In this document: one piece after another, positions 48,082 to 60,700 of the stretch
How positions within the stretch are numbered: the stretch's first letter is position 1
Layout: each line of letters starts with the position of its first letter
NCBI GenBank assembly: GCA_964247055.1
Contig: OZ176052.1
Span: 1,984,001-2,048,000, forward strand
DNA length: 64,000 nucleotides
Direction of reading: 5' to 3'
Source: Paragordius varius
Taxonomy: Eukaryota; Animalia; Nematomorpha
Made by a program: the position numbers and the translations under genes
Notes under the pieces: generated by a model
The model's input: only the letters and a program-made list of their open reading frames with translations
Told to the model about the DNA's origin: nothing
Databases searched by the model: none

Positions 48082-51000
48082 AGATGTTTGACAATATAAA
48101 ACAAATTAGTATTAAGATATATAAAATTCTAAATTTCCCTGGATATGCAGAAAAACAATTTGTATAATTGCAAGTATATAATCATAAAATACTTTAACAA
48201 ATGTTAAGTTATCAGGCCCTATTTTATTCGACGATTTTAAATAATAAAATAAAGTTTTGCACCATATAATGTTTGTGTTTATTACAGTTTATTGTCTGCT
48301 ATTTTATATACATGACTAATATTGCTAGTTTCGTATTTAGTATTTCCTGATACCATTTATAGCAAAATGATCTATTGGGAAAAGGAAAATAGATGCGTTT
48401 TTAAACAAAATTTTAGCATTTATATTCATATTTTGTAAATACTATCTGGCAAAATTTTTTAAAAAAAGCTAGTAAAGTGTATATATATTCATAAATAAAA
48501 ATATATAATTTTTGAAGAAATTAATTTAAAATATTTCATACCTTAGAATCCAGTTCATTTAGGTCGGGGAGTAAACCATCCGGTAAAGCCGTTATAATTG
48601 AAGGTAAGGGAGGTGGTTTATCACCTTTTTTAACATTAATAGCGATAGCTTCATTTTCCACATTTTTGTCAATGTTATTATTGGGCAAAATTGTCGAAAC
48701 ATTATTATTATTCATGATATTACCATTTGATTGAGGTAAAATGGTTTTGCTTTCCACGATTGGTTGTTCGCCTATTTTTCCAATATTATTGTTTTTGTTA
48801 ATTTTGGATAAATTTTCATCAGCAGTTAAAGTATTAGGTAACGGAGATGTCAATAATAGATTCGGACTACTGATTAAACTTTGTTTGTTGGTGATATCCT
48901 TATTTTTACCATTAAGAGTGACTCCTGGAAGGGCCTAATATGATATAAAAATGGAAATTGATACCAAAAATTTAAAATATATACAGGGATAAGAGTATGA
49001 AAATCTAAACTTTTTAATTTATAATTTGGACTTTGTATTCGCCCTATTACGTTTAACTTAATCATCCATCCATGATTTTAAGTTAGTCCTTAAATAATTC
49101 AAGTAGCTGCCTTTACAAAAAAAGTTATAATTGATTTAAAAATGGATGAATTCAAGATGATGTAAAAGGATCTAGATATGAAAATGTTGTCGTTTAAAAA
49201 TTTTATTGGTAAATATATTACACAACCCTATTGTTCTAATTTCAATTGTTACCAATATTTCTTTGAATTTAGGGCTTTTCAAAACAGTTAGTTGTATACC
49301 TGTTTAAATATATTCAATAAATTAACAAGAATAATTTATCACTTCGCCGACACAAATTTAAACTACTCCCCTAAAATACGGACATTTTAAAACAAAAGTG
49401 TATGATTTTAAAATATTTGCAAAAAACTTTAGGGTCAGGGGGTGGTGGCGTTCTATGTTTCTGATACAATTTCCTCAAATGATTTTGCAGGGAGAGTGGA
49501 AGTCCCGCTAAACGCATAGAATACGTCGTTCCAATCGGCTTTCCTAATCTTTTATCCTCCTGATCATCCAGTACTGAGAGTGTGGACATAAAAGTACTCA
49601 AAATCCAATAAATACTAAAGAACAAAAAAAAGATATAATTTTTATTTTAGAGAAAATTAAAAATATATACTAAATGGTAAATCAAATTAATCACTTAATT
49701 CTTTGTAAATTATAATAAAACTGCTGACAGCTAAATTCGTTTTTAAATATTTAAAATGTAAAAAGAGAAAGAAAAAAATATTTTTTTAATTTAATCACCC
49801 CATCTAAATTATCCCTTTCTTAAAATTATTGCTAATATTCTGGATAAATTTTTTTAACGAAATATATATATGCCAGAGTATTTAAAAAATGGTTATTGTT
49901 AGTATTGTTTTTAAGTATTAGTACGTTTTCTTAGTGGCTTTCGTGATTAAATCAGTTGGATCCTGATGTGCAATTTCGTATTCCCTAACTTTTTCAATCA
50001 AACTTGGACAGAGTGTTCTTTGAAATCTAATTGTGGTTGAAATTGAATATATTTTTGGTGGTGTAAAATTAAAAGAAAAAGGGCGTAAATATGTAAAACA
50101 CTTGATTCTATTTTAACGATGCAACTTATTTAGTTTTATTACGTTAACCATATATTTTTAGATCCTTAGTTTATATAACCTATACAATAGTTGTTTAAAA
50201 TAGGATTAAGAGATCCACATTTCTATATTTAACAACCATAATTGTATTGCCACATAAAATTATGATAAATCAAAGGTTGTCATAAAAATAACGTTTAATT
50301 AAGCTGTAAGCCAAGGCTCAATATAAAAAACCTAGATAAGTTTATGCTCCAAAATTTACTGTCAAATATATATGTTTTTCAATTAGTAGAGTAAATAAAA
50401 TTACATTTTGGTAACCAGATCGGGAAATAGGGTCATGAATGGAATTATAATGATTCCTAACCAAAAGACTGATGAGGAATATATTAGGGTTACCTAAGAG
50501 TAAAAAATAAAATCAAAAAATGATTTTATAAAATTGATTTGATAAAAAAATTAAGAATGTTTTTAGAACTAATAAAAATAAATTATACTTGACCACACAT
50601 TTCAGGTGCAATGGGTATTTTCGGCCAAAGAAAACTGTAAGGAATAAGGAATATCATCCATACTAAAATACTACCCCATATAGCTAGTTGAGTCATCTAA
50701 TTTATTCAAAACAAAGAAAGGAAAGATATCAATGGGATTTAGTAGGAAAAAAAAGTTTTTTTTAATCATATTAATCCAATTACATCAATATGGTTACAAA
50801 AATATTGGTTTAAGCAATTTTTTACTATATTTATCCAATTATTTTTATTGAGGTTATAATATTTTTTGTAAAATAATATTTTCATGCAAAATTTAATATT
50901 TCAAAACAGGAAAAATTAATTACATGCGAATTCGAAATTTTCGATTATAAAACAATTAGATTTATGTTTTTTATGTTTGAATTTGGGTTAGGATATTTTT

Positions 51001-54000
51001 ACAAAAACTTGGTGTGTTAACAAAAGCAGCATTTTAAATATACATTGACACTATTGAAACATCCTTGTGTAAAATTAAATTTTTAAATTGAAAAAATTTA
51101 GTGAGAAAAGAATGTATCGACATTAATACGAACAATTTTCAATCAAAAACTTAAAAAATTATATATATACAGTAAAAACTAAAATTATACGGACAAAACG
51201 AAGCAAATATTTTTTTCTCAAAGAGAGTTAGCCATACTTTTTAAATCTTGATTTATTTCATGATAACTCATTGTTTCAAATGGCAAAGTTTGAAAAATAG
51301 AGATATATATTACTAATACAATCAAATCTATATTTCACAATTGTAACTAAGTAGCTTATATGGGAAACATTAAGGTTTTAGAAAGCATGGTTGACTTTTA
51401 GAAAAAATATTTGTCTTTATATTTTTACGTTTTGTCCACAGTATAATTTTAATTTTCACTGTATATATGTGATATTACATAGAATTATAAATTTTCTCTC
51501 AATTACAAATTTAACTGCAAATAAAACAATTTTTTACTATGGTCCAAGAATAGGTAACGAGTCCAGACTTTAAACAAACCACAATAACAACGTAGGTATA
51601 AATGAAATTTCCCAAAACTAAGTAATCTCCGGTGCGACCATTGTGCCAAACCACATCTAAATATTTGCAAAAATAAAAAATTAAAATTAAAAAATATTCA
51701 ATATTTTACATAAAAATATTGTATTAACGTCTTTAAAAATTATTAAAATTTATATAATACAATTAGTAATATATTTTTTTAAAAAATATCTAAATTTTTA
51801 AATGGAAATAAAAAATAAAATTTTAAACCGTTTCTTTGCATAAGGAAAGTGAGCCAAAATATGCATAGTGAATGAAAAACGGCATTCCCAATCCATAACC
51901 AAAACACCTATCCACATATAACCAGAATCACATAAAATTTGTATTATTAAATAATTAAAATTTATCAATATTTACGCATTTTTAAAAGAAAAATAATTAG
52001 TCAAAAAACTATGATGAAATTTATACGTGTGTAAAATTTTAATAATTTTCGTATTTTCTCTAATAAGATTAAGTATTATGTTAATCAAAATAAATTTTTC
52101 ATTTCAACAAAATTAGTATTATGAAAATTAGCAATGTCAACCAATATATATGCTTATTATAAGCCCATAATTACATTTTAAGGGCAAATAATCCAAATTT
52201 GACTCAAAAATTTATAATAATGTAACCAAAAATTTTATAAAACAACATTTTTTGGAAATATATATGTATATTATCATACCCTAACATCAAAGACTTCACC
52301 CTTTTGTGCCTCGGTATAAAGAACTGGAAATTTTAAACAAGATTCCGCACTAACTGTTCGATCAAAAAGCCCAATCGCTGCGGGTGGGAGGACGGTAAAT
52401 GCCTTTCAAAAATTATTTTTTTAAAAAGGTAAGAAATAATTTTTTTTGAAAAAAAAGGTTAAAAGTAAAAATTTATTAAAGAATCAAAATATATATATAT
52501 ATACCATTTGCACTTCAAGAGTGTCCTTGAACACTTCAAATTCACCCGTGAACAATTTAAATTCACCTTTGAACAATTAAATTCACCCTAAAAATAAATT
52601 TTGTGTTTTCGAACTAATAAAACTCATTATTAATATGAAATATATGTTTATGGTACAGTATTATTTTATAAAACAAAATTTTTATTTGTTAAAAATATAT
52701 AAAGGTAATTTTCAATCTAAAAAAACATATATTTTATTTGATGGTGAATTTGAATTGTTCGAGGGTGAATTTGAATTGTGCAAGGGTGAATTTGAATTGT
52801 TCAAGGGTGAAATTTGTAAATGGTATATATATATATTGATTATTTGTAATTAAATACATAATATATTACAGAAAATATATAATTTATTTTATTAGACAAG
52901 GTTTTGTTTTAAGCGATGTAATAAAAAATGTATCAATTTAAAATTGCTTAATATAGTTTCGGTAACATGTATTTTCGAAAAAATAATGTTTAATTTTCCA
53001 TTCAATGATAAAATATTTGTATCGAGAGGAAAAATAAAAATAATTAAAAGGATTAAATATTTTTTAATACTGAATAAAATTATAGGTTAAGTAAAAATAT
53101 TTACCACATTGTATAAACCCAAGGTCCAACGTTCAAACAATGGTTGTCCCGAAAAATAACTTACCATGGCAAACCAAAGCTGCATAAAAAAATTAAAAAA
53201 AATAATTAAAAATTGAATTTTTTTCTACAATTATTTTATTTTTTAATCAAAATATAAAATATTTAAAAAAATATTAACCTCCATAATGTACATGCAAATA
53301 TTTTTGTAGAATTGATAGAGAATAAGTTTGCACATCCGCGAATGATTCCAAGCACCATGGACCAATAGTAATTTTGTCAAAAATCGAAACTAATTTGGCA
53401 TAAATATAAGAAATTTACATTTTTTAAAATAAAATTTTATATTAAATCCAAAATAAAATTGAATTAAATACTTGTGAAATGGAAAAATCTGATGAATTTG
53501 CAGCTTGTAGACCCTCTTTTCCACTTATTCCAACGCCCACATGAGCGGCCTAAAATATAAAAGTTTGTTTACTAATTTCAATAATAAAAATTTAACCAAA
53601 TGCAATTATTTTGTGCAAAAATTTACTACAAATACAATAAAAATTAGTTATTTAAATTTATAAAATGTGCATACAATAAAAATTAAAAATATTCACAGTA
53701 AAAAATGTTAAATCTCATTTATATTAAAGACAATCTAAATTTTTGATCCTAAATTATTTTTACGTAACTTATATGATTTACAGTTATAAAATAAGGAATA
53801 AAGATGTACCCTCTAAATTTTATAGCGGAAATGTTAAATATATTTTAAGGAATATGTTTTTTTATATATGTTTAGCTTCTTTCTGTATATTTTGATATAC
53901 TATATATAGAGACTTGAGTTTATTAAAAAATAAATAAATTAAATATTTTTCAAAAACCTTTTTTTACCGCAAAATAACACATATAAATGGGACTAAAAAC

Positions 54001-56825
54001 AAAATTCATACTTTAAATATTTGGCCAAAAAAATTAAAATATTTTACATGAATCATAGCTACATCATTAGAGCCATCGCCAATCGCTAACGTAGAATAAG
54101 GCGTATGACTCCTAATTAATTGTACAACTTCAGATTTTTGCAAAGGGGTCGTTCTATAAAAAATAAAATATATATTTTTAAATAATTATAATGACAAAAC
54201 TATTCTAATTCCAATATGTCATTTTATTTAATTTTTATTAAAGAGTGTATTCAATTTATTTAAAATAATGTTTAAAATAAAATAGAAAATTTAGAATGTT
54301 AAATATTATTCTTGTGGTTATCATTTAATATATATATTTTTTATACCGAAAAGAGTTAATAATATATGATTAAAACTTATTCCTAATACACAAACAAATT
54401 CTATAAAGATATTAATTAAAATTTATGATTAAGGTGAATTTAGAGAAAAATTATAATATATAATAAACACACCTGCAACATATAATGGTTTGACAAGATA
54501 ATATAACATCCAAAAAATCTTGTTGTACAGCGCTTCCCAAAGCAAATTTCAAGGACTGTTTAAAATATAAAAAAAGAGTTAACAATAAATACCCAAATTA
54601 AATTAAATTATATAAAATCTAAAATATACCGAGTTCAACCAATTTGATCAATTAAAATTCACCCTTGAACAATTCATAGTTACCCTTAAATAAATTAGGT
54701 GTTTTTTAAGATTAAAAATTATCTTTATTTTATAATATTTTTAAAATATATAATTCTGTTTATAATCAATATAATGCTGAAAAAATAATACACCATGTCG
54801 TAAAAATATATTTCTTATTAATGATGAGTTATATTAGCCCGAAAACAGATAATTTATTTTTAGGGTGAATTTGAATTGTTCAAGGGTGGATTTGAATTGT
54901 AAATGGTAAATTAAATGTTAAAAAAACCATACCTTGCCATCAATGATTAAAGCTAGGCGATTATCTTTCCGAACGCGATCTCCAAGCTGTTCCTTATACA
55001 TACGAAGCGCATTTCCAATCGCCTATATTATGTGTTTAAAAAATGGTTTATGCAAAAAAAATTTAGATATATTTTTATTCAAAACTTTCAATAAAAATCA
55101 AAATTAGTACAATAAAACATAAAAACTAAAAGAAAAATATTTTTGTATTAAAAATAATTATAATTATTAATTTTTTAAATATCTATATAATTATGATTGT
55201 GAAATATAAATTGTGATATCATTTTACATATCTATTTCATATTTCGCAACCCAAAACAATGTGACGTATAATTAATCATGTTTTAAAAAATAAGATTCTA
55301 ATTTAAAAATTTTTGTCTTTTTTAATTTAAATATTTAAAATATTTAAACTAAATAGATTTATAGGTAAAAAACCTCTTCATTGTTTTCATTAATGACTAG
55401 GAGTGGGGTATCTTGCGTTAACAAAGCACAGGAATACCCTATAAATTAAAATGGAAGAATAAATATAAAAAAATATTTTAGAAGTAAAATATTTAATTAT
55501 AAAAATTAATGGGTATATTTCAAATAATTATTACATTTTGAGCAAAATAAATTGTATATATATCTTTAAGTTAAAACCTATGTTTTGATAAAACACAAAA
55601 TTTAAATAATTTTACTGGAAGATACTTTTATTTATCAAAATTATTTAATGTAAAAAAACCATATAATAAAAAAGTTTTTCCAAAAGTCAAATATACCATT
55701 TACAATTCGAATTCACCCTTAAACAATTCAAAATCACCCTTGAACGATACAAATTCACCCTAAAGATAAATTATGTGATTTCGGTCTAATATAACCCATC
55801 ATTTATATTAAATATATCTTAATGGCATAGTTTATTATTTTTTCAGTATTATTTAAATTTTAAACAAAATTTTTATTTCAAAAATATATCAATCTTAAAA
55901 ACACTAAATTTATTTTTGGGGTGAATTTGAATTGTTCAAGGGTGAATTAGAATCGTTCAAGGGTAAATTTGAATTGTTCAAGGGTGAATTTGAATTGTAG
56001 GGTAAATTTGAATAGTTTAAGGGTGAATTTGAATTGCTCAAGGGTGTGAATTCGAACTGCAAATGGTATATTAACCTATATTTATTGCAGTGGCTTGTTT
56101 ATCACCAGTGAGGACCCATGTTTTTATACCAGCTTGAGCCAATTTCGTTAAACATTCTGGGACACCCTTGATATTACAAATAAATCATTTAATACATTAT
56201 TTTTTATCTATATATATTAATGATTTAAAATGCTAATCTAACAAATTATATCAATTTTATAATGTTTAAATCCATAAATTGTGAAATTAAATCTCTATCT
56301 TGATAATTTCAGCAAATAATCCCAATCAAAAATATAGATCCAAAAATATTTCAAAATTTAACTATAGTATTATATTTCGAAATAATTGGGATTATGTCTC
56401 TATAATCGAATGTAATTATTAAAAATTTTCGATTACAACAAGTAATCTTTGTCAAACTTAAAATTAAAATATAAATTAAAAATTGAAATATAAACTAATT
56501 ACATATATATATAATAAACATTCATACCTCTTGTAATTTATCTTCAATGGCTGTTGAACCGATTAAAATGAAATCCTAAAAGGTGTTTAAAACAATAATT
56601 GTGACATCAATTCGAAAACGGATTAAAATTTATTTTTAATAATTTGCAATATTTTGATAAAAAAAAACCTTTTCAATCTTGGCAAAAACTTCATCGATAC
56701 GTTTTTCTCGATCTTTTATGGCAAGTTTGGCTTCTTGATATTCCTTATGCCACCCCTAAAATCAGCAATAAAAATTAGTATTACACTCTTTCACACACAC
56801 ACACACACTTTAACACTACTTGATA

Positions 56826-56880
<55 letters not shown>

Positions 56881-57641
56881 CAAATAATTATATTAATATT
56901 TAATGATTTCATGATGTATATATATGCAGTTCTTATTTAGCAAAAAAACCGAAAAAATAATTGTTATAAATATACAAGTATAAAACGAAAAAATACCCTT
57001 ACCCTTGGTTTCTAAAAATAAAATTTTAGATTCCACGAACAAGGCAAATCATTTACAACTCCAGATTAACATAATAGCATTAAAATATAAAATAACAAAA
57101 AACTACCTACCCTTCATTTATAAAATTAATAATTTTTCCCCTAAAAACACCCATATAAATCGAAAAAAATAAAATTCTTTTTGTTGAAATAAAAAATTCA
57201 AAGACTTCAAATGATTTCAATAAATACCGTTTCAATACAACACATTGTAAAAATTAGTTCATAAACAAAACAAAGACTTTAATATATCATAAAACACCCA
57301 GATAACCGATATTCTGAAACATAAATCAAAACTAAAAATTTGAAATTCTAGAAAGAAAATCAAAAAATTATCAGTAAATACCTCAAAAAAGGTTTCATCA
57401 ATCGGCGCTACTGCAATACACAGGGTCCGGAGTCCTTGAAGGGCAAAAATTTCCAAGTCTTGCATAGTTTGATCCTTATATTTGCTACATTCGGGTGAGG
57501 TGCCAACTCGATTATAAACTTCAGAATCCGCGCCTTTACACATTAAAAGCAGTTGGCCTTTCCCTCCATTTTTTGGAGTGTTTTGTCCATTTGATTTTGA
57601 ATTATCTAAAAATTTTATTATAAAAAATGAAAATAAAAAAG

Positions 57642-57702
<61 letters not shown>

Positions 57703-60700
57703 AATTAAATATGTAAAAAAATATCGTAAATATAATAAAACTGGATCTGTTTATTACAATAGTTAAACTAGCCATGATTTAAGCACTGTAAATAATATAG
57801 CGAATTCAAAATTTAACTCAGGTTACATATTTTTACTGTAAGAAATTGGTTAATATATGTAAAAATAAGTTATTTATGCTTTTAATTACCTAATCTAATT
57901 TATCAAAAAAATATATGTTAATTATGACATAGTAAGCATAAAAAAAATTAAATTTATAAACCTTGTTTTTGAACATTCGAATTAGTAGACTGTGAATTGG
58001 ACGGATCATTTTGTGGCATATTATTTGATTTCAATTGGTCATTTTTTTGCATAGATAAATCTAAAAAATATCAAAATTTATGTCATAACTTATATATTAA
58101 TTAATAAACATGTAATTTTTTATTCTTTAAGGGTAAAATATTTTTCACATAAATTTGTAAAAACTAAGAAAAAATTTCAAAAAATATTCTATTCGTAATT
58201 TTACCTGTAATATTTTTCCCATTTTTGTCAGAATTCTCCAAATTTTCATTTTCATCATTTTTATTGTTATTATTCGTATTTTGTGCGCCATAAAAATTTT
58301 CAATTTGTGGTTGTTGAGAATTGGAATTATTATTATTTTCTACAGGAAATTTAAATAAGATAAATAAAGAAATATGATTTTAAACAAATCTTATCATAAT
58401 AAGATACTTAAATATTTAATAATTTAATTTTAAACTATAAAACTATTTAAAAATAACAGTCAAATAATTCATTCAATTTATACTATAAACACCTGGAGGT
58501 AGTATATTAATTATTTTTCCGTCAAAATCTTTCAAGTTATTAAAAAATAAGGTAGTTTTCAGTATAATAACGGAAATAAATTATTTCTTAGTGCCCTCTT
58601 AAGTGATAAAATAAAAAATTAACATTTTTTCCTTATTCTTTACCAAGTAAACTATCAACTACTCTCAAAACATTTACAAATTTAATCATTTATCAAACAG
58701 ATAATTCTAAACCCTACCTTTATTCAAAGGTATATTTTGAATCCCATTTTTCGGTTCAACACTATTCTTCTTTTCCATACCAGAGGGTGTAGAAACCGCC
58801 TTAATTTCTTTCGGGATTATATCGAGATAATTTTGCGGACAACGCACAACCACATCCATACGTTTCCGATCCGAATTGAAATCTAGCACAGCCAAGATTT
58901 CGAAATCCAACATTTGATCCCCGACATTTATAGTGACTTTATGGGGTCCTTCTCTGTGGACTAGGGAATACCCAAGCTTGTTAGCACCATCAACCATTGC
59001 ACATTCATCTAAGATTGTGAATGTAAAATAATCAATTATATATTTAATAAATGTAATCATATAGTTCATATTATATTAAAAGCATCATAGGTTATAAAAC
59101 ATAGGGATGATGTTTTTGAAAACAACTATATTTTATGTTTATATATAATATATACAGTAAAAGTAACCATATATTGCTTTATCATATATTTTCCAAAATC
59201 ATATGCAGTAAAGATTATTATTATTTGTGAACAAGAAAAAAAATAATATATAGCCATTAATATTTTCCTTTTTGTAGTTGATTCTATCTGGCATTACTTA
59301 AAAATTGGCAATTCTTATACTGTGATGATTTCTTATACTATATATATATATATATATATGTATGTATACGTACCAGGCGATGAACCCTGGTATAATTCAT
59401 CTCTTTTAGCTTTTCCGCCATTCGTCGTCGTCGTCGTCGCTGCTGCAGACGACAAAATGGCGCGCCCATCACTACTGGTCGTCTGTTTTTGCCCGCCATT
59501 TTTTGTCTTTTCAGAACCTTTTCCAGCGCTATTTTCCGGTTCCGTATCTGAAGCCGAGGTTGTGGTCTGTCCACCGTTTTCGGTTTCTACGGACATACGG
59601 AAACATGGGGCTAATTCCGGACAAATGTTTACCTATCGTATAATTTTTTTAGCAATTACATTTAAAGAAAACTCTTATAAAAAGCCTTAAAAGGTGAATA
59701 TAAATATTGATACTTTCGAATAAAAATTTGTATATAAAATAAAATTCATTTTTTTGTTAAAACGAAAAATATATGTGGTTCGGATGTAATTTCTTATTCA
59801 TTGATCTTTCAGTGCGCAATAAATTGGTTTGTAAATTATATGTAAGATTTTTTCCGAACAGTATTAAATGTCTAAATAAATGCATATATGATTTAGTTAT
59901 TATTGAGTCGAGTATGTAAAAAATTTGTGAGTTCTCAAATATTTTATATTTACAGTGGTAAGTATTAAATAAAAAATAATCATACATTTATTTATAATAA
60001 TTAACAATAGGTCACACGCGATAATACCCAAGTTTAAAATTGGCGGTTTATGTTTAACACAACCTTATAAATATGTGGTCTAATCAAGAATACCATACGG
60101 TATATAACTTTCATATCTAATTTTTAAACTTTGTTAATATATTTTTTGCAACTCTTTTTGTAGATACATTTTCCCACGAGATATTTCAATAAAATAGAAT
60201 AAATCTTGACTTTAAAGGTAAATTCATCTTAATTTTTTAGTTTCAAAACAAACTTCAAAAAAAGTTTTTTTTATAAATTTTTTATACCAAATCTTTCGAA
60301 GAGGTGGGTAAACACCCACAAGCCTTTTTGCGTTTCTTTTTAGCCCTTTTATGGGTTTGGTTTCCATCAACATCATCATTTTCGTTAGTTGTATCAGTTT
60401 GATCGCCTCCCAAACCAGCTGTCGGGTCTTGCATAGATGGCGTCTTACTTTTGGACTACAAATTATTAAAAACAAACTATTTGGCAAAATTTATTCGTAA
60501 AAAGATATAAATAATGATTAAAAATTAATTATTTTGTATATATATATATATATATATATTATTTATTTTATATAAATTTTTGTTGTAATTTTTTAAATTG
60601 TATATATTTATAAGGGCGCATAAATTAAAGTATTATTAGTTGATATAAATAAGATGTTAAATTTTATTGTATATTTTGTATATAAAAATTAACAATATAT

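Noticed and set aside
54060-54100. GDGSND in place of the canonical GDGAND hinge motif of the flippase
   Set aside because: A conservative Ala-to-Ser change with all catalytic Asp/Asn residues intact; not evidence of lost function.
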